Origin: Candidatus Thorarchaeota archaeon SMTZ1-45
GTDB lineage: Archaea > Asgardarchaeota > Thorarchaeia > Thorarchaeales > Thorarchaeaceae
NCBI GenBank assembly: GCA_001563335.1
Contig: LRSL01000019.1
Location: forward strand, 1-58,929
DNA length: 58,929 nucleotides
Direction: 5' to 3'
Below the pieces are notes generated by a model. That model had not been told where the DNA came from and made no database searches. It worked only from the letters and a program-made list of their open reading frames with translations. Made by a program: the position numbers and the translations under genes. This document shows, piece by piece, positions 17,739 through 27,386 of this stretch. Position 1 is the first letter of the stretch, and the number at the start of each line of letters is the position of its first letter.

Positions 17739-19670
17739 TTGAGAGAACGAGAACGTGTATCAGCACTACTTCTACTATTAGTAATTCTTCTGGGAGCTTC
17801 ATTGTTCCAGAATCAGATATCACAGAACCTTACATCTCCAGGGTCTAAGGTTTTGTCAGATGGTGGTAAGATAGATCCATTTGAGGTTTCGATACAAGGA
17901 AGTATCGTAGATAATTATGCAAACATAAGCTATTGTTTGTTCTATGATAATTATGCCTCAGAAACTGCTAGTGAGATTGAGTGGTTCTTGGGTCTTCAAT
18001 CAGAACTAAGACTAAGCAATATCTCAGTTGAGCTTGGATCAAAGATCTATTGGGGAAGAGTACTTCCAGAAGTTCAAGCTATTGAAATATACAATGAGAG
18101 TGTTGAAGCAAACAAGAGTGCAGTTTTGGTGCAGAGATATGAAGATGGATATGCAATCAAAATGAATGTCGAAAGTGGAGCCGAAGTTCTCCTATCAGTC
18201 TTTGTTGAAGGTCTTCTTACTCGTCACTCTGGATTGTATTCTCTAAGTTTGCCAGTTGGGAGGAATGGAATCGAGAACACAGGTTTTGCATTCAGTCTTG
18301 AGATCATTTCAAACTTCGCCCCTGTTACAGGTTTCTCAGTGCATGGCCTTCCAAATATTGTCGCATCAGATTTGTCATCTGGCATCAGGTTAGAATATAC
18401 AGCTGATACCTTGACGATAGAGGAAAGGATTGAAGTAATTTACACTTTAGATAGGCAGACTGGAGGAGCTCAGCTTCTCGCCTATAATAATGGATCAGAG
18501 AATTTCTTCGTGTATCTATTAGCACCTAGTATCGTCGAAGATGTAGAGAGTGCAAGGAGACAATATGTGTTTGTCTTAGACCGGTCAGGCTCAATGAGTG
18601 GGATAAAAATTCAGCAAGCAAAGGTTGCGTTCAACACAATGATTGGCGGCTTGAGGACTATAGACACCTTCAACGTGATTGCGTTTGATCATGAAATCTT
18701 AAAGCTCTGGAATGAACCACATTCTGGAACCACAACTAACATTCAAGATGCCCAAAATTGGATTAATTCAATTTCTGCAAGAGGGTCAACAAACTTCCAT
18801 GATGCGGCAATTAGCGGATTACTAACTTTTGCAGAGGGAGCTAATGCAAAAGCCATGCTAATGCTTTCCGATGGACTGCCAACAGCTGGAGAAATCCAAT
18901 CACCTGAAGGCATCTTGTCTGCAATCGCAGAAGCAAATACACTTGATATTTCAATTGCTACTGTCGCATTTGGGTCTGATTCTGATGAGAACCTTATGGC
19001 AAACATAGCAACTCAAAACAATGGATTCTTTGTGTTCATCGAACCTGATGAAGATGCAAGTACTGAGCTGCTTGATTTCTATCGGATTTTCTCAACACCA
19101 GTAGCAGATGATTACGAGATTATATTCAGTGGAGCGTTTGAAGTCGTTTCACTTTCACCCCTGAGGGAATCTGCATTCTTCAATGGAACAGAGATTGTTG
19201 TTTCTGGACGATATATAGAGGGAATGACTGTCACAACTTCAATCGATTATGTCACAGGAACAGAAATCTACACTAACACCATAGGAGGTGCTACTCAGGA
19301 GTATGAACATGTTGAGTTCATTTGGGCTCAACAGAGAATCAATTACTTACTGAAAATAATTAAGCTTCATGGCGAGAATGAAACCCTTAGAAGTCAGATC
19401 ACAAGCATTGGAATGCAATATGGGATAGCAGTTGGTGGATACACTGCAATGGTACTTACAGCATATGATACATCGTCAATTGAGGAGGACCCTGTTGATG
19501 ATTACACATATCCTTCGCCATCTCCACCAGCAACTCATATCACATATGCAGCACCGATAGCTCCGCCAGCGTTTGATTCTTCCCTCAACATCGTTTCTTC
19601 ATCGATGGTGTTTGGTATCTTGGGACTGGTTGTGATTATTCTCCTAGTTTCACGAAATCGGAGGGGGTAA
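17739..19670 (+). CDS. Secreted, C-terminally anchored VIT + vWA domain protein (ITIH-like architecture)
   Basis: Likely TTG start 17739 after GAGGGGAG; signal-like N-terminus; VIT region; MIDAS FVLDRSGSM, GSTNF and LSDG; Pro-rich linker, TM helix and RNRRG tail. Confidence 0.85.
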   Translation: MRERERVSALLLLLVILLGASLFQNQISQNLTSPGSKVLSDGGKIDPFEVSIQGSIVDNYANISYCLFYDNYASETASEIEWFLGLQSELRLSNISVELGSKIYWGRVLPEVQAIEIYNESVEANKSAVLVQRYEDGYAIKMNVESGAEVLLSVFVEGLLTRHSGLYSLSLPVGRNGIENTGFAFSLEIISNFAPVTGFSVHGLPNIVASDLSSGIRLEYTADTLTIEERIEVIYTLDRQTGGAQLLAYNNGSENFFVYLLAPSIVEDVESARRQYVFVLDRSGSMSGIKIQQAKVAFNTMIGGLRTIDTFNVIAFDHEILKLWNEPHSGTTTNIQDAQNWINSISARGSTNFHDAAISGLLTFAEGANAKAMLMLSDGLPTAGEIQSPEGILSAIAEANTLDISIATVAFGSDSDENLMANIATQNNGFFVFIEPDEDASTELLDFYRIFSTPVADDYEIIFSGAFEVVSLSPLRESAFFNGTEIVVSGRYIEGMTVTTSIDYVTGTEIYTNTIGGATQEYEHVEFIWAQQRINYLLKIIKLHGENETLRSQITSIGMQYGIAVGGYTAMVLTAYDTSSIEEDPVDDYTYPSPSPPATHITYAAPIAPPAFDSSLNIVSSSMVFGILGLVVIILLVSRNRRG

Positions 19671-19684
19671 AACACGCACATTTC

Positions 19685-19728
19685 GAGTCAGAGCAGAAAG
19701 AACCAAGTCCAACAATCTGCTCTGGCTC
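19685..19728. terminator. Hairpin between convergent vWA and glycosyltransferase genes
   Basis: GAGTCAGAGCAGA / TCTGCTCTGGCTC, 13-bp stem with one G-U pair. Confidence 0.55.
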
Positions 19729-19746
19729 ACCTTCTCTCTCTTACTC

Positions 19747-21024
19747 TCAGGCAAAGAATGTTAGTTGAAATTGGTACATAACCCAGAGACCAACAAAGAA
19801 GAACATAACTGAAATCACTATGTAAATCCCCGAGGATATGCGGCTCTTAAATGCAAGAAAAGCCACCCACGCGGATAGCATTATCCTAGGTGATGCAATA
19901 CCAGAGATGCCTTCCATGCTCAAGGTTATCCACATGAATAAGACACCATATATTCCAAGCTCTACATTGTCTTTTAGAAGTAGCAAGGTTAAGAAAAAGA
20001 ACGGAATTGTAAACATGTACCTCAGGAGCATAAGAAGGATGGGTTCAACGCCCGGATTAATCTCTGTAAAATAACCTTCAAAGAACCATACAAATTGATG
20101 ATAGGGAGTAGAGAGGGTATCCCCAAACCAAGCGTGCGCATCGAAAGCTGCGAAAAAGCTCCCTGTCAACGATTGCAAATAGAGAAAGAATGCTATGACA
20201 GAAGCCACAGGAATAATGAACCATAGAAGTCTGAAATCGAATGCTTTCAGCATGGACTTCTCTTGCTTGTACTTGTCAATCAGATTTGATAAGATGATAA
20301 CACCATAGATCAAGAAGAGGAGACCGGAAATATATCGAGTGAGTATGGAGAATGTTGTAAATACAGCACAAGGGAGGTATTGCTCCTTTTTGAAGAAGTA
20401 CCAAGAAGCTATTGCAAAAAATAAGAAAGGAGCTTCAGAATAAGCCAGAGTCCCATAAGTCAGATAGGTTGGGAACAGTCCAAAGACTAAGGCGATTAGA
20501 CAGGATTCCTTGTATTCCATATAGATACGTGCTACTTTGTAGATTGCAATTATTGAAAGGAAATAGAAGGTGTTTGATACAACCACTCCAGCTAGGTATA
20601 GATCTCCTAAAGCTTGTCCAACGATTGAAATCATCAATGGATATACAGGAGCAAATGCAAAAAGAAGGTCACTTTCTACCCCAGAAGGATAACCATTTCT
20701 CGCGATTTCAAGAAAGTGAGTAGAGTCCCAACGATTTGCTAGAGCAAGCAACAACTCTGGCGTACCCGACATATCTGGAGGGTTATACGGATTGAAGTAA
20801 AGGAAAGGTATGAGATCCTCTAGTATCATCCAATTGAGAAACGCAATTAGTAGTAATTTTGCTAGTGCTACTGATATCAACACGCCCAGAAGTAGAAATG
20901 GGATTCTAGAGGATATGAATAATTCTTCCAATCGGTTCCATAATTGAATGAGTAACAAGGGTCTCAAAGACGTCTTAGATTGTTCACCCTCATGCGGGAT
21001 TTCTCCATTTGTGTTACTCACCAT
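19747..21024 (-). CDS. GT-C fold mannosyltransferase, PIG-V/GPI18-like
   Basis: RWDSTHFLEIARNGY, FAFAPVYP, AYSEAPF and LTRYISG motifs; likely start ATG 21024. Confidence 0.8.
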   Translation of the reverse strand: MVSNTNGEIPHEGEQSKTSLRPLLLIQLWNRLEELFISSRIPFLLLGVLISVALAKLLLIAFLNWMILEDLIPFLYFNPYNPPDMSGTPELLLALANRWDSTHFLEIARNGYPSGVESDLLFAFAPVYPLMISIVGQALGDLYLAGVVVSNTFYFLSIIAIYKVARIYMEYKESCLIALVFGLFPTYLTYGTLAYSEAPFLFFAIASWYFFKKEQYLPCAVFTTFSILTRYISGLLFLIYGVIILSNLIDKYKQEKSMLKAFDFRLLWFIIPVASVIAFFLYLQSLTGSFFAAFDAHAWFGDTLSTPYHQFVWFFEGYFTEINPGVEPILLMLLRYMFTIPFFFLTLLLLKDNVELGIYGVLFMWITLSMEGISGIASPRIMLSAWVAFLAFKSRISSGIYIVISVMFFFVGLWVMYQFQLTFFA

Positions 21025-21239
21025 TGAATCCTCAACGAAGCTTACTTGAACCGCCCAAAATACACTCAGTGGTATATATCTGTCCCTTCCAGTAGTAAAT
21101 GCGGTTTCCATTTTTCATATCTACCTCATTTCTTAGCCATAATAGAGGAATTATGAAACTAATTGGAGAAGCTAACGGAGATATTGCATAATCACATGAT
21201 TAAAGGAAGACTGAATACGTACCGAATACTCATTCGTAC

Positions 21240-22004
21240 TTGATTGAGATGAGAACTGTCTTATTGGGTACTGGTACATCTCATCCCGACTCGGAACGTG
21301 TTCAGTCGGGGATTCTGGTTGAGAATAGTGATTACAAGATTCTGCTAGATATTGGTTCTGGAGTTCTTCACCGACTGACTCAACTAAATTTAGATATCAG
21401 GTCTATCGACTCAGTCTTCATTAGCCATTTCCATATTGATCATTGTTCTGATTTTCTCCCACTTTGCCAAAGTCTGTGGTTATCAGGATATGAAAAGACT
21501 CTGAATCTTTTTGCACCCCCGACTGTAAGAGATTGGTCCAGAGGTCTCTTTGATATATCGTTCAATTATTTGAGAGAGAAAATACTCATTGATACAACTT
21601 TGCTTTCTGAATACCATGTAGTTCCTTTGGGTGACTTTGTAATTACAGTTAGTCCAACGCTTCATGGAAACTATGACACACGTGCTTTCAGGATTGAATA
21701 TGGAGGGAAAAGTATGACATATACCTCAGACACAGCTCCATGCAGAGATGTCATAGAACTAGCAAAAGGAACTGATGTTTTGATACATGAATGTAATTGG
21801 CTTGATGGTGTTCATCCTGAGGGTGTTCATACAAGTCCCAGTGAGATAGCCAAGATAGCAGAAGAAATCAATCCTTCGAAGATAATATTGACACATGTAT
21901 CACCAGAGGTAGTTGCCAATCAAAAGAAAGTGATAGAGATTGTGGGTAGAAGAACAACAGCAGAAGTAATCCTTGGAGAAGACCTTATGACATTTGATAT
22001 ATAA
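21240..22004 (+). CDS. MBL-fold hydrolase, RNase Z-like
   Basis: LLGTG, LLDIGSG, SHFHIDH, SDT, LIHE, HTSP and LTH motifs. Confidence 0.85.
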   Translation: MIEMRTVLLGTGTSHPDSERVQSGILVENSDYKILLDIGSGVLHRLTQLNLDIRSIDSVFISHFHIDHCSDFLPLCQSLWLSGYEKTLNLFAPPTVRDWSRGLFDISFNYLREKILIDTTLLSEYHVVPLGDFVITVSPTLHGNYDTRAFRIEYGGKSMTYTSDTAPCRDVIELAKGTDVLIHECNWLDGVHPEGVHTSPSEIAKIAEEINPSKIILTHVSPEVVANQKKVIEIVGRRTTAEVILGEDLMTFDI

Positions 22005-22005
22005 A

Positions 22006-22455
22006 TCATGGATATTGAAATCCAGTCCTTCTTGGTCCATACATTCGTTTGATGTTAGCCATACCAAATGTACCACCCAGAATGTAAAGAGGAGACCAAG
22101 TTGCTAGTTCTCTGATTTCAGGCAATATTGGAGGTGGTAGTCCAATGCTGAGTGCAATACCATTGACTACCAAAACTATGAAGAAAATCAGAGAATAACA
22201 AAGATTCACAACTGCAGCTTTTTTGGCAAAAGAAACCTCATAGGTCTTTACTATATGTTGCGTATCTTGAACAAGAATTATCACAAAGAACATGGTGAAT
22301 GCAATTAATGCAGGATAAGAGAAAAGCCAGAAGAGAATATAACCGATAAGAACAAGTCCAGTGTAGATTGCATATGTGGCAAGTGGATTGAAAGGACGAC
22401 CTAAAGGTGGACTAGGTTTTTCAATTTCTTCCTTAGGCGGCTCCTCAGTCATCAA
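22006..22455 (-). CDS. Small membrane protein of unknown function
   Basis: 3-4 TM segments; fills the gap between genes. Confidence 0.65.
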   Translation of the reverse strand: MMTEEPPKEEIEKPSPPLGRPFNPLATYAIYTGLVLIGYILFWLFSYPALIAFTMFFVIILVQDTQHIVKTYEVSFAKKAAVVNLCYSLIFFIVLVVNGIALSIGLPPPILPEIRELATWSPLYILGGTFGMANIKRMYGPRRTGFQYP

Positions 22456-22613
22456 AATCCACGCACAACCATAGCCTCCAACTCATATAACTGAGTGCTT
22501 AGTAGCAAAAGATTTCTGATTCTACACATGCAAACCTTGCCATGTCAATGTTTAAAACATATGAGGACTCTATCAAGACAGAACTCGAAACAACAATACC
22601 GAGTCGATGAATT

Positions 22614-23495
22614 ATGGCCGACGCAATTGAATGGACTAATGCCAGCCCCGAACATATCGTCTGGCGTTATCCAGATAACAGAATTAATTGGGGCTCACAG
22701 CTAATTGTAATGGAGAACCAAGCTGCTATTTTCTACCGAGATGGAAAAGCTTTGGATACATTCCTCGCTGGCCGCCACAAATTGACCACTAGTAGCATGC
22801 CAGGTCTTGTTGGCTGGTTGCAAAAGAAAATCAAAGGCGATGTCTTTGAAGCCACCTGTGTCTTTATCTCAAGAGGACAATTCCAAGGCAAGTACGGAGG
22901 TAGAGGGCAGACCAGTGACTTGGCTCCTCTGATGTTCCATGGAAACTTCTGGTTCCGTGTAAAGGAACCCAATATTTTCGTTCAAGAGGTTGTCGGAAAT
23001 CAGAATGCCTTCAGCACAAAGAAGGTCAACGATTTCCTACGTTCGTTCATGAATGAGCGAATCATTGACGAGTTCGCCCACTATGACCTTCAAGCAGTAT
23101 TTACACAGCTTGATGAAACCTCTCTTAAGGTCAAGACCAAGGTTCGCATGAACTTCGAAAGAATTGGTCTAGAGCTTGTCGATTTGAAGTTTGAAGGAAT
23201 CGATACCACCGAGAAATACAGAGAGAGACTCTTCTGGTTGAAGACTGGTGGTGTCAGTGGACAACAAGTCATGGGTGCTGAAACAGTTAAGGACTCCGCA
23301 GAGTCTCTTGGAAAGAGTCCGGGTGCAGGCTTTGGCGCTGGCATGGGATTCATGGGAGCAGCTGCAGGCATGATGCAGGGTGGACAACAGGGAGGACCAG
23401 CTGGAACTCCTGCAGGTGCCAAGTTCTGTGCAAACTGTGGGACAGCCCTCAATGGAGCAAAGTTCTGTCCGAACTGTGGTTCCAAAGTAGGATAA
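22614..23495 (+). CDS. SPFH (band-7, YdjI-like) protein with C-terminal double zinc ribbon
   Basis: IVWRYP, GSQLIVMENQAAIF.RDGKALD, GRHKLTT; Gly/Met-rich linker; CANC...AKFCPNCG. Confidence 0.88.
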   Translation: MADAIEWTNASPEHIVWRYPDNRINWGSQLIVMENQAAIFYRDGKALDTFLAGRHKLTTSSMPGLVGWLQKKIKGDVFEATCVFISRGQFQGKYGGRGQTSDLAPLMFHGNFWFRVKEPNIFVQEVVGNQNAFSTKKVNDFLRSFMNERIIDEFAHYDLQAVFTQLDETSLKVKTKVRMNFERIGLELVDLKFEGIDTTEKYRERLFWLKTGGVSGQQVMGAETVKDSAESLGKSPGAGFGAGMGFMGAAAGMMQGGQQGGPAGTPAGAKFCANCGTALNGAKFCPNCGSKVG

Positions 23496-23506
23496 TATTG
23501 ACAAAT

Positions 23507-23539
23507 GGTTGGGCATCAAGCCCAACCTCTTTCGTTTTT
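23507..23539 (+). terminator. Stem-loop terminator
   Basis: GGTTGGGC-ATCAA-GCCCAACC followed by TCTTTCGTTTTT. Confidence 0.7.
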
Positions 23540-23672
23540 GGTTGCATTGTTTTAATACCGAGAGGTAGGAAAAAAAACAGCTTCTCTCCAAATAGCAGTC
23601 CGCGCTAAATATATCGTACCACAAGCGTGATTGGACATATTCAAGTGTTATTTTGAACAGGATTGTTTCAAT

Positions 23673-25565
23673 ATGCGTCACAACTCAAGCTATCATTTCT
23701 CTGCAAAGGATTCTTTTTCTCCTAGTAGGACTCATCGAAAGAATACAGGTACATTTTACACTCCAGAATCACTAGCTAAACTGATAGCACAGGATGCGAT
23801 TTTTGCATGGATCTCGAATAGAGTTGGCTGTATGATTATGGATATCGAGGGACTCGATAGGCTAACACCATCAATACAAAGACATCTGCTTCAAGACATC
23901 AAAGACATCACAATTCTCGATCCAGCAGTTGGAGATGGAATCTTCCTAATATCAGCTGGGGAATTAATATCAGAGATACGACTTGCTTTAGGTGATAAAG
24001 AATCAAGAGAAGTGGTCAGGAAGACAACTGTAAATGATTCTCTCTTTGGAGTTGACCTTTCAAAACAAGCTGTGGAGTCCTGTATCAAAAGACTTGCAAA
24101 GTGGAGCAGACTATCCTCTCGACCAAGAGATACCAACATCAAGGTTGGAAATAGTCTTGTTGGTCACATAAATCCAATTCAAGGTAAGACATCTACACAG
24201 GATGAATTGGACATAGAACTCGCAAGAACATTGAATCCCAGAAAGGTGGATGAAGTTCTAGATGAACTTAGAGCAACTCTTCCCCTTCATTGGCCTATAA
24301 CATTCTCACAGGTTTTCTCAGATACGTCTCCAGGTTTTGATATTATCCTTGGAAACCCTCCATATGGAAGTATTCTGGGATCAATTGAAAGACGCTATAT
24401 TTCAAGCAGATACTCGTGCTTGGTAGGGGGAGGTAGAGATGGTACGTGGAATAGCGCGGCTCATTTTCTAGTAAGGTGTATATCTCTGATGAAAGATGGT
24501 GGACAACTTGGTTTTCTTGTTCCAAATAGCTTTCTACGTGTAAAGCAATTTTCCAAGACAAGAAACTTTCTTCTTAGCAATACTAGGCTTTGGAAGATTG
24601 TGGATGAGGGTAGTCCATTCGACGAAGTTACACTTGAAATGGTCAGTATCTTCTGTGAACAGCCTGAAGTGGATAAAGAACATGAGATAAGGGTTGTGTC
24701 TAGAAGACATGGTCTAGAACAGTCGAACATTGTGTCTTCACGCATACTCAAGGAAAGCAAGGTTTTTCCTATCTATCACGATCATATATTTGAAAAAATA
24801 CTCAAGAGAGGAAAGAGACACCTTCTTGTAGCAGGAAGAGGTCGTGATATCCCTAAGGATCATGTTAGGAAGAAAAAAACATCGAAGTTCAAGATACCTT
24901 ATATAACAAGTGGTCGAAGTGTACAGAGATACTACATCAATGACAAACATGTATTCTTTACAGATGATTGGTTTCATCAAGATTCGGCTTTAATGGAATC
25001 GTTTGAGAGTGAGTTGCTAGTTGCTACAAAGAATTACAGATACCCTCGCTGTATCCTCAAACCCGCAGGAATGATACATGGCGGGGGGATAGTAAGGATA
25101 ACACCCCTTTATGATAATGCGGATCTCAAAGTTCTGGGACTGATATTGAATTCCCGACTCGTGAGGCAGATATCAATCAGATATCTCACCAACTACTCTC
25201 AACTCACATGTTGCCTGAATACCGGAATCATGGAAGAGCTTCCCATTAAGTTACCAGAAGAGCCTCTATTGTATAGAAGACTCTTTGATAAGTTAAGTCA
25301 TCTTCACTCAAATCAACAAGGAACCACCAGAGTGGAGATAATAGCTCTCGAGAGACTTGCAGATGCTCTTGTTTATTCATTATACTTTGGAGATAATGGT
25401 CTTGAGCAGCGAATGCTCAAAGAATCTGATGATCTATGTGTAATTGCTCAAGAACCAGAAGTTGTCACAATGGTTGAAGAGATTTTTAGCTATCCTCTTA
25501 TTAAGGAGCTAAAACGTCTTGGAAGTTATTCCGCTCAAAGAAGCTTCGCAGATACTGATGCTTAA
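23673..25565 (+). CDS. N6-adenine DNA methyltransferase, gamma class (Eco57I/TaqI-like), orphan
   Basis: GTFYTP, ILDPAVGDGIFL, GVD and FDIILGNPPY; C-terminal TRD-like region with LILNS. Start 23673 or 23631. Confidence 0.88.
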   Translation: MRHNSSYHFSAKDSFSPSRTHRKNTGTFYTPESLAKLIAQDAIFAWISNRVGCMIMDIEGLDRLTPSIQRHLLQDIKDITILDPAVGDGIFLISAGELISEIRLALGDKESREVVRKTTVNDSLFGVDLSKQAVESCIKRLAKWSRLSSRPRDTNIKVGNSLVGHINPIQGKTSTQDELDIELARTLNPRKVDEVLDELRATLPLHWPITFSQVFSDTSPGFDIILGNPPYGSILGSIERRYISSRYSCLVGGGRDGTWNSAAHFLVRCISLMKDGGQLGFLVPNSFLRVKQFSKTRNFLLSNTRLWKIVDEGSPFDEVTLEMVSIFCEQPEVDKEHEIRVVSRRHGLEQSNIVSSRILKESKVFPIYHDHIFEKILKRGKRHLLVAGRGRDIPKDHVRKKKTSKFKIPYITSGRSVQRYYINDKHVFFTDDWFHQDSALMESFESELLVATKNYRYPRCILKPAGMIHGGGIVRITPLYDNADLKVLGLILNSRLVRQISIRYLTNYSQLTCCLNTGIMEELPIKLPEEPLLYRRLFDKLSHLHSNQQGTTRVEIIALERLADALVYSLYFGDNGLEQRMLKESDDLCVIAQEPEVVTMVEEIFSYPLIKELKRLGSYSAQRSFADTDA

Positions 25566-25598
25566 ATACCTGAAAACCTGCAGGCATAAAGAATTAGA

Positions 25599-26213
25599 AT
25601 GGACGAAGATAAATCGAAATCAGAGGATATGGCAGCTGAACTTATTGATGCCATTGATGATGAGATGGACGACGATGATGTTCGTGATGGTCTTACAAAG
25701 AAAGAAAGAGAGCTTGAAATCAGTAGAGAATCAGATCGTAAAAGAAAAGCACAGGAACTGAAGAAGCAACTGCGCAGACGTCAACTAGGATTTCTTACAT
25801 ACCGATGGCCTGCATTTGTGTTAATTTTTGGAGGAATTCTGGCAATTTCAACTGAATTTCTACAAGTTATGGTTCGTGAACCTGGAGTTCCTCCTGACGT
25901 AGGATTTGATACGTTCGTTGATGCATTGTTTTTGTCTGGTGGAGTCTTCTATATATTTCCTGTAATTGCTGGGGGATTCATGATTGTGTTAAGTTATTTC
26001 GTTTACACAAATCCAAGATATACATGGTTAGCAATAATTCCAGCGATGATGCTCGTAATGTCAGGAGCCTATGTCTATTACTTAGTCGATTTTGCAGTAG
26101 CTTTCCAACCTGAATTAATGGGGCTAATATATGCAACACTTACTCCGATATCCATGATCATTGCAGGGGTGATAGCACTTCTTGCAATAGTTTTAAGAGA
26201 AAAAGAAGACTAA
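25599..26213 (+). CDS. Membrane protein with acidic/coiled N-terminus and 4 TM helices
   Basis: Amino-acid composition and hydropathy only. Confidence 0.7.
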   Translation: MDEDKSKSEDMAAELIDAIDDEMDDDDVRDGLTKKERELEISRESDRKRKAQELKKQLRRRQLGFLTYRWPAFVLIFGGILAISTEFLQVMVREPGVPPDVGFDTFVDALFLSGGVFYIFPVIAGGFMIVLSYFVYTNPRYTWLAIIPAMMLVMSGAYVYYLVDFAVAFQPELMGLIYATLTPISMIIAGVIALLAIVLREKED

Positions 26214-26779
26214 TCTGTAAGAAACTCATCAAGACGACCCTCTTCCTCAAGAAGAGACATCCAGTCGATTCGATCATGTGAAGATTTAGTCTTCATTAAC
26301 TCTTCGATCTTCTCTACCGTCTGCGGAGCACTTAGATCAGAAGTATCAATCTCAAAGACTTTTGTTTCACCAAATGCATCGATTGCATCCATTTGACATA
26401 CTCCAATGACTTCAGCTTCAACATTCTCAATAACCTTCTCACGTGAGTAGTTTCGCTCAGACAGCCGAGCTCTGAGTATTTCTGGATGTGTTCGTAGAAT
26501 GAACACCCATTGAACTGATGAGCTGGGTACAAGATCTATGTAGTGCCCCTCGATGATCATTCTCCTAATCTTGTTATCAGTCAAATCGAGAAGCGCATCA
26601 ACTAGACAATCTTCATTGATTATACCAGTTTTACGTGCTCTGTCTTCCGTTTTAACGCAACCAGATTCATCAGCAAAATCACCAAGTGAGATAACTTCTA
26701 CACTCAATTTACTACCTAATATTTTTGCAACCTTGGTCTTTCCAGTTCCAGGAGAACCACCTACAAGTATAACAGACAT
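26210..26779 (-). CDS. Adenylate kinase 6 / Fap7 (hCINAP) family NTPase
   Basis: GSPGTGKT, IIEGHY, RLSERNYSREKVIENVEAE and EIDTS motifs; likely start 26779. Confidence 0.9.
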   Translation of the reverse strand: MSVILVGGSPGTGKTKVAKILGSKLSVEVISLGDFADESGCVKTEDRARKTGIINEDCLVDALLDLTDNKIRRMIIEGHYIDLVPSSSVQWVFILRTHPEILRARLSERNYSREKVIENVEAEVIGVCQMDAIDAFGETKVFEIDTSDLSAPQTVEKIEELMKTKSSHDRIDWMSLLEEEGRLDEFLTD

Positions 26780-26864
26780 GAGCGCGATTCGAACCACCAT
26801 CAAAATAAGCTTTGAGTAAGAAACCAGATATTCACTTGCATAAGCAATAAAAGATGTTTGAAGT

Positions 26865-27386
26865 TTGTCTTACTCAACCATGAATGAGCCCTTCACTATC
26901 CGTCAATTTCATCCAAATGATATCAAAGACGTAGTGTCAATAAATCAAAGGTGTTTACCAGAGAACTATCCAGATCAGTTCTTCATGGGATTATTTTATC
27001 ATGCACCAAAAGCATTCTATGTCGCAGAATATGAAGGGGAAATTATTGGATACATAATGTGCAGAATTGAAAGGGGCATTTCTGGATTTGGACGAATGCC
27101 AGTAAAGAAGGGACACATTGTTTCAGTAGCAGTCCTGCAATCGATGAGACATAAGGGAATTGGAACTGCGCTGATTAACGCGGGAATGGAGGGTATGAAA
27201 GAATATGGAGCCAGTGAGTTTTTCCTAGAAGTCAGAAAGACAAATGAAGATGCAATTGGTGTATATGAAAATCTTGGCTATTCTGTTCGGCGAGTATTAA
27301 GAGGATATTATCGGGATGGTGAAGATGCCTATCTAATGATTAAAAAAGGAAACGGCGAGATAGAGGAAGGGGTTGTAGATGAGTGA
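26865..27386 (+). CDS. ard1: N-terminal acetyltransferase, Ard1/Naa10 (RimI) family
   Basis: INQRCLPENY, GYIMCRIE, GHIVSVAV, LEVRKTN and YYRDGEDAY motifs. Confidence 0.9.
   Translation: MSYSTMNEPFTIRQFHPNDIKDVVSINQRCLPENYPDQFFMGLFYHAPKAFYVAEYEGEIIGYIMCRIERGISGFGRMPVKKGHIVSVAVLQSMRHKGIGTALINAGMEGMKEYGASEFFLEVRKTNEDAIGVYENLGYSVRRVLRGYYRDGEDAYLMIKKGNGEIEEGVVDE

Noticed and set aside
23631-26213. Complete restriction-modification or defence island
   Set aside because: No nuclease or other defence gene is adjacent; the neighbours are SPFH, a membrane protein and AK6.
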